Position numbers and translations under genes: made by a program | Part shown: positions 28,463 to 37,775 of the stretch, piece by piece | How the letters are laid out: each line of letters begins with the position of its first letter | How positions within the stretch are numbered: position 1 is the stretch's first letter | NCBI GenBank assembly: GCA_016860985.1 | Contig: BOKM01000001.1 | Span: 399,462 to 463,461, forward strand | From: Patescibacteria group bacterium | Lineage (GTDB): Bacteria; Patescibacteriota; Dojkabacteria; GCA-002793355 | Reading direction: 5' to 3' | DNA length: 64,000 nucleotides | The notes under the pieces: generated by a model | Seen by the model: the letters and a program-made list of their open reading frames with translations, nothing else | Databases searched by the model: none | What the model was told of the DNA's origin: nothing

Positions 28463-29253
28463 GTGTTATTCGACTCGACAAACATACCCCACCAGATATC
28501 TCGAGATTAGGAGGTAAGGGTGCAAACCTTGCAAAGTTACTTTCACTTGGCTGTCGCATCCCAGACTGTATTGCAATATCGCATGACCACCCAACCGCAC
28601 AAATTCTCACTGACGTGCTTCCTATTTGGGATGAATTGCATTTTCAATTAGCGGCAGTAAGAAGTAGCGCCACAGCCGAAGATTCGATAGACCAAAGCTT
28701 TGCAGGTATGTTTTCAACCTACCTTTACGTGAGCAAAGATAAACTTCTTGAAAAAATAACGCTTTGTCGACAATCTCTCTCCCTTCCAAGAGTAGCTGAT
28801 TACATTACGCGGATGTCCATTTCAAAAGAAAATGTTCACGTTAACGTTCTTGTGCAAAAGATGATAGAAGCAGACGCCTCCGGTGTTTGTTTTACAAAAA
28901 ATCCTTTAACTAATGATTCAAACGAGATTGTTATAGAAGCAATTCATGGGCAAGGCGAGTTGCTCGTTTCTGGACAAGTGACACCCGATTATTACCGTAT
29001 TGCCAAGCACAAGAATGTTCTGCTTGAGAAAAATATCTCAACCCAAGAAATTATTTTAGACAAAAAATCTCGTACCATTCGACCAAGGGAAATGGAGTTG
29101 CAACATGTACCCAAAATCTCTGAACCGATGCTTTACTTACTCAGAGAACAAGCAGAAAGTATTGAAAATATGTACCAGAAGCCGGTAGATATTGAATGGG
29201 CAGTCGAAAACGGAGTGCTTTATATATTGCAAGCACGTCCGATTACAACGTAG
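28459..29253 (+). CDS. Pyruvate phosphate dikinase-type PEP/pyruvate-binding (PPDK_N, ATP-grasp) domain protein
   Basis: LGGKGANLAKL, AVRSSATAEDS..SFAGMFSTYL and the C-terminal IEWAVENGVLYILQARPIT are PPDK_N hallmarks. Its start overlaps the previous stop (ATGA). Confidence 0.7.
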   Translation: MSVIRLDKHTPPDISRLGGKGANLAKLLSLGCRIPDCIAISHDHPTAQILTDVLPIWDELHFQLAAVRSSATAEDSIDQSFAGMFSTYLYVSKDKLLEKITLCRQSLSLPRVADYITRMSISKENVHVNVLVQKMIEADASGVCFTKNPLTNDSNEIVIEAIHGQGELLVSGQVTPDYYRIAKHKNVLLEKNISTQEIILDKKSRTIRPREMELQHVPKISEPMLYLLREQAESIENMYQKPVDIEWAVENGVLYILQARPITT

Positions 29254-30265
29254 CATCGAGCGCCAGCTCAATTGCATCTTGATAACTTTGTCGATTTTTA
29301 CTTCCCCTTATCTCTCCATGAGTACCAGTTACAGTACCAAGATGAAAGGATTCGCCTAGCTTTTGTGCAATTAATTGAGCTTCTCCTCTTACAGGTTCTG
29401 TTAGCTCACTTAAATCTTTTGCGGCCCAGTACATATGCACATGCTTTGCGTTTCCATAGTTATCTTTTTTTTCGAACAAGTCGCCTAACTGCTGTATCGT
29501 TCCATAGAGTGAGTTCAGAATGGAAGCAATATTTGGCGGCATATCAAATTTAATGAAGAAATCGTTTGTTGCAGGTACTTTATCGTACAATTTGAGCATT
29601 GCAGCTGCAGACCTTGGTCCAGAAACAGCAGCGTTTAACAATGCTGCAAGGATTCTATTTGTAGATCGTTGTAGCGTAGGAAAGCGTTCTTTCGCCCTTT
29701 CCCACCGCTTTACTGCCCCTTCTCTACTTTCTTGTGTAAATGTAACAGGTTCAAAAAGGAGCAAAGACTTAATCCTTTGATCTTCTGATGGTCTTTGCGC
29801 AACTGTATACGCTGCAATATCTGCTCCCATACTTATGCCTCCGATGACAACCTCGTAGGGCATAGTAGCACAAGACATATTAATATATTCATTTGCATCT
29901 TGAGCTAAAGTTTCTGGATTGATAATGGGCAATTGGTTTGTTTCTAACATTGGGGCAAATAGGACAACAATCTTGTCGACCTTTCCCCCTTCAAGTAAGG
30001 GTCTAATTAACTGATAATATTCGCCTGTAGGTGGATTTCGTGCACCCTGAAAGAGTATCACCATACGTGGAGGTCTATCTTCATGTGTCGTTTGTTTTTC
30101 AACAGGTAATTGATATGTGGATATTACATTCCCGTGGACAGTTTCTGTAACATCAATATCCAGTCCACCATAAAATTGAGGAAACTTTTCAAATACCGCA
30201 GAAAGATATTGCGACTCTTTGCCTACGTTTTGTCCTTCTATATCAACTACCTTGCCCAGCATCAT
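29243..30265 (-). CDS. Putative alpha/beta-hydrolase fold protein
   Basis: A GISMG nucleophile-elbow (GxSxG) sits in the middle of the protein. Otherwise unassigned. Confidence 0.4.
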   Translation of the reverse strand: MMLGKVVDIEGQNVGKESQYLSAVFEKFPQFYGGLDIDVTETVHGNVISTYQLPVEKQTTHEDRPPRMVILFQGARNPPTGEYYQLIRPLLEGGKVDKIVVLFAPMLETNQLPIINPETLAQDANEYINMSCATMPYEVVIGGISMGADIAAYTVAQRPSEDQRIKSLLLFEPVTFTQESREGAVKRWERAKERFPTLQRSTNRILAALLNAAVSGPRSAAAMLKLYDKVPATNDFFIKFDMPPNIASILNSLYGTIQQLGDLFEKKDNYGNAKHVHMYWAAKDLSELTEPVRGEAQLIAQKLGESFHLGTVTGTHGEIRGSKNRQSYQDAIELALDATL

Positions 30266-30271
30266 ACGGAA

Positions 30272-32116
30272 TTATACCGCATAACCGAGTTTTCTCGCCA
30301 ACTCCTCCGCAACTTTAAGCTCAGACTCAATTTCTGCAAGGCCCTTGTGCCAAAAAGTTTTGTCAGCAATATCGATACCAATATCTAGGAAGATATCTCG
30401 TGTAGATTTTGATTGACCAGCGGACAAAAACACTTTGACTTTTTCGACAAAAGATTTATCGCAAAGTACTTCATGTCGAAGCGCTTTTGAAATAAGCTGC
30501 CCACTTGCGTAAGAATACACGTAAAAGAACATGCGAATGTGTGACCAGTATACCCACCAATTTTCGGAACCTTTATCAAGTGAAACTCCATCGCCCATAT
30601 AACTTCCCATATGCTTAAGGAAAAGGTTTCCAATCTCTTTTTGAGAGATATTCATGTTTTTTCTGAATTGCTGGTGAAGCTCAGTTTCAAAATTGTAGAG
30701 TGCAATCTGACGATGAATAGCACTAATATGTGCATCTAGCTCAGAGATAAGAAAGGCCAACCTGCTCTCATCATCAAGTTGAGTGATAACTTCGTCGGTA
30801 ACAAATGATTCAAAGAAGGTACTTGCTACTTCTGCAAGACCCTTTCCTACATCGTGTTGCAGAGCATTTTGAGCTTTTCTTGAGTATTCATAATGCGTTG
30901 CATGACCGGCTTCGTGTGCGAGTGTCATTAAATCACGCAGTTTGCCGTGATAATTTTGATAAAAAAATGGTGGCACATGTGGCATTGCCGAATAGCAGGC
31001 AGCACCATCAAGCTTCCCTTTTTTGGGGTTCGCATCCAGCAAACCGCGCTCAAGGAATGACTGAAATATTTCACCGAATTCCGGATCCAGGCGAGTATAT
31101 ACCTGACTAACAATTTTTATTCCCTCTTCGATTTTGTATGTTTTATCAAAGGAACCAAAGGTAAGCATACGCTCGTGATATCGCAATTTTTTCTTATTAA
31201 ACAAGGCAGCCTTCAGTTTATATAAGCGCTGCGGTACATAAAAATTTTCTGTAACCGCAGAAACGAGCGCTCCTACAATATGCTCGTCAATATCATCCGC
31301 AATAAACCTCTCTGCATCTGGCCGTTCAAAATTTCGCAATTCGTCATCAATTTTTTTATTATAAAGAACTGTATTCAACTCACTGGTTGCCCACGGAGCG
31401 ATTTTTCGTTGTATAGCATGAATATGCGACGCAGCTTTATTTCGGACCAACTCAGATTCATTGTGTAAAGAAATCGACATAAGCTCATCAAATGACTTTT
31501 TGACCTTTTTGCCATCTTCAAGAACGATACTTCGCGATTCTTTTGCGAGTGCTTCTTCTATCATTTCTACCCAACGATCGTGCGAAACTGCTTGTTTTTT
31601 CAACAAGATTATTTCCTCTTTCTCGGAGAGTAGGTGCTTTGCCGCAGCAAAGAGTTGCTCCAAATGGTGCTTGTAGGGGATTAATTTTGGATAACGGAGA
31701 AATTCTTCATGTAATTCCTTTGGTATTTTACTCACTGCAATCGGAAAGAATGCCAACCCACTAGTCACCTTTGTTGCGAACTCAATTGCTTCTGTCTTTT
31801 TTGCCTTAACATTTTCGTTCGTTTGCTCCTGAACACTGCGAAGAATCCAGTACATGGCTACTTTTCCAATATTATCGTACTCATGAACAAGCGTATTGTA
31901 TTGATCAAGTGCATTTGCAAGCACCTCAGGATTGGTCGTATATTCGTTATTTTCTCTCCATGTATGTGAGAATTTTTCACAATCATTTTTAAACGTTTCT
32001 TGATAAACAGACATAGCTGGGTCATCATCACCGGAGAAAAGGTGCGCAAGATTCCATGTGTACAATTCAGTATTTGTTTTTTTCGACATGTGTGATTGTA
32101 ACATCATTACTTTCAT
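30272..32116 (-). CDS. pepF: M3-family oligoendopeptidase (PepF-like)
   Basis: HEAGHATH zinc-binding HExxH motif with a downstream Glu. Length and helical composition are typical of M3B. Confidence 0.8.
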   Translation of the reverse strand: MKVMMLQSHMSKKTNTELYTWNLAHLFSGDDDPAMSVYQETFKNDCEKFSHTWRENNEYTTNPEVLANALDQYNTLVHEYDNIGKVAMYWILRSVQEQTNENVKAKKTEAIEFATKVTSGLAFFPIAVSKIPKELHEEFLRYPKLIPYKHHLEQLFAAAKHLLSEKEEIILLKKQAVSHDRWVEMIEEALAKESRSIVLEDGKKVKKSFDELMSISLHNESELVRNKAASHIHAIQRKIAPWATSELNTVLYNKKIDDELRNFERPDAERFIADDIDEHIVGALVSAVTENFYVPQRLYKLKAALFNKKKLRYHERMLTFGSFDKTYKIEEGIKIVSQVYTRLDPEFGEIFQSFLERGLLDANPKKGKLDGAACYSAMPHVPPFFYQNYHGKLRDLMTLAHEAGHATHYEYSRKAQNALQHDVGKGLAEVASTFFESFVTDEVITQLDDESRLAFLISELDAHISAIHRQIALYNFETELHQQFRKNMNISQKEIGNLFLKHMGSYMGDGVSLDKGSENWWVYWSHIRMFFYVYSYASGQLISKALRHEVLCDKSFVEKVKVFLSAGQSKSTRDIFLDIGIDIADKTFWHKGLAEIESELKVAEELARKLGYAV

Positions 32117-32174
32117 CTGTTCTTCATGTACTTTGTTTTATACTTATTCTACAATCTAAGATAAATACATAAAT

Positions 32175-32774
32175 ATGAAAGAATTTTTTGAATCATTCCC
32201 CGTTCTTGTCATCTCAATTATTGCAACAATTACCGGAGGAACTGCTGTTAACAAGGTAGTACAGGAAATTAAATCCACGACTCCAAATAACGAGCAAAAA
32301 GTGGTTGAAGTAAAAAGGGTTGAAACTACCCCAAGTGCACTGCCAACTCTAGTAGTAACAGAACCTGCTGTAAACCCAACTGCTACCCCAGAGGTGGTAC
32401 AACCCACTACGCCAAAAAACGGCCAAAACGCGACTTTTACTGCTGCGACCCTTGCACTTCATAACAAGCCTGGAGATTGCTACGTTGCCTACAAAGGAAT
32501 TGTCTACAATGTTTCTTCACACCCTTCGTGGGCTTCCTGCCGACACCACGGCACAAGTGGAGGAAGGGATATTACATCAATTTTTCCTCATTCTACAAGC
32601 TACTTTCTTACTTTGAGCAAAGTTGGCACGATTTCAACTAGTAACGCCACTAGTCCAACAAAACCTTCAGATGATTCTCATGACGACGATTCCGAAGATA
32701 ATGAAGACGAAGAACACGAGGATGAGAGAGAGGATGAGGACGAAAACGAGGTTGAAATAGAAGATGAAGACTAA
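32175..32774 (+). CDS. Membrane-anchored cytochrome b5-like heme-binding domain protein with an acidic C-terminal tail
   Basis: TM anchor and Pro/Thr linker. YKGIVYNVSSHP...HHGTSGGRDITSIFPH resembles the b5 heme-binding fold (H..GG..D.T..F..H). An Asp/Glu-rich tail follows. Confidence 0.5.
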   Translation: MKEFFESFPVLVISIIATITGGTAVNKVVQEIKSTTPNNEQKVVEVKRVETTPSALPTLVVTEPAVNPTATPEVVQPTTPKNGQNATFTAATLALHNKPGDCYVAYKGIVYNVSSHPSWASCRHHGTSGGRDITSIFPHSTSYFLTLSKVGTISTSNATSPTKPSDDSHDDDSEDNEDEEHEDEREDEDENEVEIEDED

Positions 32775-33135
32775 CATCACAAAGCAAAAAGCAAAGATCT
32801 CGATGAGGATGCTCGCAATCATCCTCATCGGTTGTCTTATAGGAATATTGTATCTTTACAAATGGCAACCGCAAAAAGAAACTGTACTCCCAAATCAATT
32901 AGAGTCCTTCACTCTCACTGAACTAGCAAAATACAATGGTAGTAATCCGACGTTGCCAATATATATCGGATTAAATGGTTTAGTCTACGATGTCAGCAGT
33001 GGAAAGAAATTTTATGAACAAGGTGGCACATATAATTGGCTTGCAGGAAAGGATTCCAGCAACGATTTAAACCTAATTGGAGGGGATATTATTAAGCGTA
33101 AATATCCAGTTGTTGGTATACTAACTACGGAGTAA
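32764..33135 (+). CDS. Membrane-anchored MAPR/PGRMC-type cytochrome b5-like heme/steroid-binding domain protein
   Basis: FTLTELAKYNGSNPTLPIYIGLNGLVYDVSSGKKFYEQGGTYNWLAGKDSS matches the MAPR signature (F....L..YNG....PIY.A..G.VYDV..G..FY..GG.Y...AG.D.S). Confidence 0.6.
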   Translation: MKTNITKQKAKISMRMLAIILIGCLIGILYLYKWQPQKETVLPNQLESFTLTELAKYNGSNPTLPIYIGLNGLVYDVSSGKKFYEQGGTYNWLAGKDSSNDLNLIGGDIIKRKYPVVGILTTE

Positions 33136-33140
33136 CAAGT

Positions 33141-34439
33141 ATGAATCGGACCTCACTTCTCTTTTTGTCGAGTATCGCAATCACATTTGTTCTTTGGATA
33201 CTTTCCAAAGAACATTTTGTGCTTTTTGTTTCGACTGATACGCTGAAAGCAATAACGCAGATTTGTGCACTAATCGGCGCTGTTGGATATTTTTTCACCT
33301 ATATTCTTTCAAGTAAACTTCCATTTCTTGAAAAAATAACCTCTTTAGACCAACTCTATAAAACGCACCGGCTAGTAGGAACACTCGCAGGTGCGGGTAT
33401 ATTACTCCATGTAAGTTCATTGATAGCGCGACTTTTACCACTCCCTTCGGCGTTTACGCTCTACCTTATTCCTAGCACAAATCTCTCTTATAACGTTGGA
33501 ATACTCGCTTTTTACTTACTACTTGTACTCCTTATTACTACGTTATATGCAAATCTGCCGTATCATATCTGGAAGCTTATACACAAGCTCGCTTCTTTTG
33601 GTATTCTCTTTGCTTTTCTGCACCTTCTCATTATTCCTAGCGATATAAGCACGAATTTACCCTTGAGAATATGGATGATTGGCATTGCTACTCTAGGAAT
33701 GATTGCGTGGGTATACAAAGAGTTTTTGGAGCAGTTTATTCGCAAATCTTTTGAGTATCGAGTAACCAATATCGCAAAAGCTGATGACATTACGGTCATT
33801 ACGATGCAAGCTCAAAAAGATTCGATTCCAGCTACACCGGGGTCTTTTGCTTTCTTTACTTTCTATGCAGATAACAAAGTCGTTACTAAGGAATCGCACC
33901 CGTTTACCATTCTAGACACAAACGCGAACGAACTCGCGATTGCTGTTAAAAACCTTGGAGACTACACGACTCTAATATCGTATATCCCCGTTGGATCAAA
34001 AGTCGTAGTAACCGGCCCTCATGGCAAGTTTGGAAAAAGGATACTTGCAACAAAAGAACAGCAAGTCTGGATAGGTGCAGGCATAGGGATCACCCCCTTT
34101 TATAGTGTCGCTTCGTATCTTCAAAAAAGGGGCTTATCTCATCATTCAATAGATTTATTTTATTTCACCTCAACGCCTGACAAAATTTTCCACCCTACGC
34201 TGCTCGCATCTGCAAAAGAAACTGGAATCAAGTATACATATGCGTGCACATCAATTTCTGGTCGCCAATTACCGTCGAACCTGCTCAGTGAGGACACAGT
34301 TTCTAACAAAAAAGTGACTTATTTTTTGTGTGGTCCAGCAGGAATGATTAGCGCTTATTCTGAATATCTTTTATCTAAAGGCGTACCCCAAAAGAGAATT
34401 ATTACTGAAGCATTTGAGTTTAAATCGCTTGAAATATGA
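33141..34439 (+). CDS. NOX/ferric-reductase-like transmembrane flavocytochrome: bis-heme FRD domain plus FAD- and NAD-binding dehydrogenase domain
   Basis: Six TM helices carry two His pairs, spaced 13 (HRLVGTLAGAGILLH) and 12 (HKLASFGILFAFLH) residues apart. This is the bis-heme motif of the ferric reductase domain. The C-terminal FNR-like region has HPFTI (FAD) and GAGIGITPF plus CGP (NAD) motifs. Confidence 0.75.
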   Translation: MNRTSLLFLSSIAITFVLWILSKEHFVLFVSTDTLKAITQICALIGAVGYFFTYILSSKLPFLEKITSLDQLYKTHRLVGTLAGAGILLHVSSLIARLLPLPSAFTLYLIPSTNLSYNVGILAFYLLLVLLITTLYANLPYHIWKLIHKLASFGILFAFLHLLIIPSDISTNLPLRIWMIGIATLGMIAWVYKEFLEQFIRKSFEYRVTNIAKADDITVITMQAQKDSIPATPGSFAFFTFYADNKVVTKESHPFTILDTNANELAIAVKNLGDYTTLISYIPVGSKVVVTGPHGKFGKRILATKEQQVWIGAGIGITPFYSVASYLQKRGLSHHSIDLFYFTSTPDKIFHPTLLASAKETGIKYTYACTSISGRQLPSNLLSEDTVSNKKVTYFLCGPAGMISAYSEYLLSKGVPQKRIITEAFEFKSLEI

Positions 34440-34852
34440 ATCTTCGATCGATTCTCACTCCTGCTTTCTCTGCTTTTCTTATTACTGTTATGGCTAGTGT
34501 TACATTAAATATATTTAGTCCCCAACAAGCAGGGCGTGACGACACTTCGGTTGAAACTTCTGACATTCCGATGCCAACCCAAGCGACTGACCTAACGGTA
34601 ACACCTAGTGTTTCTACCAAACCGAGCACTACGCCCTCTGTAGCAAAACCAACTGCAACACCAAAGGCAACCGCACGCCCAACAGCAAAACCTTGCATTG
34701 TTACAGTCAACGGAAGCAGATATGATGTTACGTCACTACGAAAATCACATTCTGGGGGGAATATCTTTGTATGTGGCACAAACATGACCTCCACCTTTCA
34801 ATCTATGCACGGAAACGACTATAATATCATTAGAAAATATAAAATCTCGTAA
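34436..34852 (+). CDS. Secreted cytochrome b5-family heme-binding protein
   Basis: Signal peptide and Thr/Pro linker. YDVTSLRKSHSGGNIFVCGTNMTSTFQSMH parallels canonical b5 (YDVTKFLEEHPGGEEVL..GGDATENFEDVGH), including both axial His. Confidence 0.6.
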   Translation: MNLRSILTPAFSAFLITVMASVTLNIFSPQQAGRDDTSVETSDIPMPTQATDLTVTPSVSTKPSTTPSVAKPTATPKATARPTAKPCIVTVNGSRYDVTSLRKSHSGGNIFVCGTNMTSTFQSMHGNDYNIIRKYKIS

Positions 34853-34854
34853 CA

Positions 34855-35526
34855 ATGAAACTTTTACTAATCGAAGATGACACCGTTTTGGCAGAAAACA
34901 CGAAACTATACCTAGAACGACTTAAGTATAAGGTTGAGGTTGCGCACAATGGGAGTATTGGCCTTCTTAAAGCACAAAAGCACACCTATAGCGTCATTCT
35001 TTTGGACTGGATGATCCCGTATAAGGACGGTATAACCGTATTGAAAGAACTGAGAGAAGGCGGAAATACAACCCCCGTAATTATGACTACAGCAAAAGGC
35101 CAATTAGAACAAAAACTTGATGGGTTCTCTGCAGGTGCAGATGATTACCTCTCAAAACCATACACTCTCGCAGAACTCGCGGCAAGAATCGAAGCGGTAA
35201 TCCGAAGAGCACATACTTCTCAAAATACCTCTGTACTTAAAATTCGTGATTTGAATGTAAATATTCACACGACAAATGTAACACTAGGCAAAAATGAACT
35301 CCTTCTTACACCAACAGAATACTCAATCTTGGAGTATTTGTGCGTCAATAAAGGAAAGACCGTATCTCGAGCAGAATTACTGCATCATGTGTGGAATGAC
35401 GATGTGAATCAATTTACCAATCATGTAGATGTTCATGTTAAGAACTTGCGCAAAAAGCTAGCACAATACTCCGAGGAGCCTTACATACTTACAGTAAAGA
35501 ACAGAGGTTATCTCATAAATGAGTAA
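34855..35526 (+). CDS. OmpR-family response regulator
   Basis: Receiver domain with DD...D...K residues (LLIEDD, ILLDWMIP, SKPY). The C-terminal winged helix has LTPTEYSILEYL. Confidence 0.85.
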   Translation: MKLLLIEDDTVLAENTKLYLERLKYKVEVAHNGSIGLLKAQKHTYSVILLDWMIPYKDGITVLKELREGGNTTPVIMTTAKGQLEQKLDGFSAGADDYLSKPYTLAELAARIEAVIRRAHTSQNTSVLKIRDLNVNIHTTNVTLGKNELLLTPTEYSILEYLCVNKGKTVSRAELLHHVWNDDVNQFTNHVDVHVKNLRKKLAQYSEEPYILTVKNRGYLINE

Positions 35527-36919
35527 ATACAAGTTAACTGCACTCCAGCAAATTACAATAAACTTTGTTACCGGAGTGTTCTTAGTACTCGCCATCGTTT
35601 TTGCGACAATAACCGCTCTTTCCTCAACTCTTCTTGAAAACAAAATCAAAACCGACTTATTCCGAGAAGCCGAAGAAATTGTGACACAATACATGAGACT
35701 TGAGGATGATAGAATTACATACTTTACGGAAGACAATGGGCAAACTTTAGAGCAAGATCTTACAACTGATCAACTCTCTGCTATGGTCACAACTCAAGAA
35801 GGCGAGTCCATTGGAAAATTCGGATTCTTTGCTGCTCCAGAGTTTTCTGAAAATGAAAAACAAGCACTCTCACCAAACATCGAATCTGCCTGCAGTGGCA
35901 ACACATACTTTTACGCACGGCAATCACTACAAAAAGAAAATGCACTTCTACTTTATTATCCCATTCTAGCTGAAGGAAGATGCAGAGGAGTTGTTATCAT
36001 CGCCAGTAACACACAGCTCATAGATGATATGTCCCGCATCAACCTTATTGCTATATCCTTTGCGCTGGGAATTGCCCTAATACTCGCACTTTTCATTGCA
36101 AGGCTCACAGCTAAAAAAATTCTACACCCACTTACTTCACTTACCACAACTATAAAACAAATTGATCTTTCTCGAAGTCAGGCCGAAGTTGTTTCGCCAT
36201 ATGCGAAAGAGGATGAAATCACTTCACTGATTTCATCCTACAATGCGCTCGCAAAAAAAGTAGCCACAATCGTTGCTCAAGAAAAAGAATTTGCGTCAAA
36301 AGCATCACACGAACTTAAAACACCACTGGCAAGAGTTACAACAACGTTAGATATTCTATCTCTTGACCTAGAATCGATTACTGATTCATCCGTCAGAATA
36401 ATGCTTCAAGAGAAAATTTCTGCCGCCCAACAAGAGCTTAAAGGTATTGGTGATACGATATCACTCCTTTTACAAGCGACACGCGCAAAAAATCTCCCAC
36501 AAAATCATGAGCGCATAAAAATTTCACAATTAATAGCTCACGAAATTTAAAGTATTGCGAAAGAATACAAAAGCAAAGAAATAACCGTACATCATGACGT
36601 AGTACCCTACATCGTATTCGCAGACAAGCTCATTTTGACGCATATTTTTAGAAACTGTTTTAGCAACGCCTTCAAACATAACAAACTAAAAGGAAGTATA
36701 CAGATTTCATACGCAATCGAAGCCAACACAATCGAGATTTCCATACAAAACTCAATTCTTTCTACTGAGGGCACAGTAAAAGACAGCCATAAAATTGGGT
36801 CTTCTGTTATTGAAACCTTGTGTACTGCAGCAGGTTACACCACAAAAACAAGACGAGATTCTACTACCTACGAAATATCAATCGGAAATATCCCGCTCAA
36901 CGCTACTCAACCACAATAG
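35519..36919 (+). pseudogene. Sensor histidine kinase interrupted by a single in-frame TAA at 36548..36550 (listed as ORFs 35519..36550 and 36635..36919)
   Basis: H-box FASKASHELKTPLA lies in the first ORF. Translation continues in the same frame straight after the TAA (SIAKEYKSKEITVHHD...) into the N-box NAFKHN. The catalytic domain is therefore cut off from the HisKA domain. Confidence 0.6.
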
Positions 36920-37610
36920 CCGGTAGTTGGTCGTAGTGGTTAAATTCATAATCTGCAACAACTTCAGGATCGTGACCTTCTACATGGCCATCAACTTCTG
37001 GGTTAAAGATTGCTGCCTTAATTCCAACGAGCTGTGCTCCTTGGATATCATTTTTGTAATTGTTTCCAATCATTAAGGCTTCAGTATTCTTTACGTTTAG
37101 TTTTGAAAGTGCCAACGTAAAAATTGCAGAGAATGGTTTCTCGAAAATCGTTTCTTCTGAAGCAAATACTTGATCAATGTATGGAAGAAGCCCAACAGCT
37201 TCAATCTTCCTGATTCTTCCACGTAAATCACCGTCAGAAACGACTGCTGTTTTGACTCCTGCCTCATGAATTTTCTTTAAGGCATCAACGACACCAGGAT
37301 ACAAACTAACATTCTCATCAAAAAACTCCCAATAGATATCCTCTGCTGCGGGCAGATCTGATAATGAATATTGCGCACCAATTTCATCAAGCGCGTGCCT
37401 ATATACTAAAATTCGGCTGTGGCGGGTGTGCACTGTCGGAAAATTCTTTCTGATAAGTGTATCTTTTTTCTTTACAATCGGAAAGAATTCGTTAAGCGAA
37501 AGATTGTTTTTTGCTGCAAGATAATACGACGCAAATTCTAATGCGCGATCATAAACCTGGCTGCTTTTGATGAGCGTATCATCTAAATCCATCAATAGAG
37601 CTCGAAACAT
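36903..37610 (-). CDS. HAD-superfamily hydrolase (subfamily IA-like)
   Basis: N-terminal DxDxT motif (LLMDLDDTL). A C-terminal GDxxxD-type motif region (VVSDGD...IGNNYKND). Confidence 0.75.
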   Translation of the reverse strand: MFRALLMDLDDTLIKSSQVYDRALEFASYYLAAKNNLSLNEFFPIVKKKDTLIRKNFPTVHTRHSRILVYRHALDEIGAQYSLSDLPAAEDIYWEFFDENVSLYPGVVDALKKIHEAGVKTAVVSDGDLRGRIRKIEAVGLLPYIDQVFASEETIFEKPFSAIFTLALSKLNVKNTEALMIGNNYKNDIQGAQLVGIKAAIFNPEVDGHVEGHDPEVVADYEFNHYDQLPAIVVE

Positions 37611-37775
37611 ATAAAACTAACTATATTTTATGTTCTGCCCCTGTTTTACGAAGTTGAGCTATAAGTTTGCTCACTATGGTAAAACACCCACTTTTGTGAG
37701 ACGGTATTACCCGCGGGGAGAGAAAGTTCTTCACTTTCTAAACGAATTATACCATAAATTGACTGTTCGCAGATA

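Noticed and set aside
35519-36919. Global stop-codon reassignment (an alternative genetic code) as the explanation for the in-frame TAA in the histidine kinase
   Set aside because: All other long genes, up to 1276 codons, are intact with the standard code and end in ordinary stops. A single TAA is more simply explained as a nonsense mutation or a sequencing error.
37611-37775. A possible tRNA in the 165-nt intergenic region (GAAAG-TTCTTCA-CTTTC resembles a T-arm)
   Set aside because: The loop lacks the T-psi-C-R-A consensus. No complementary acceptor stem, D-arm or anticodon arm could be built on either strand.
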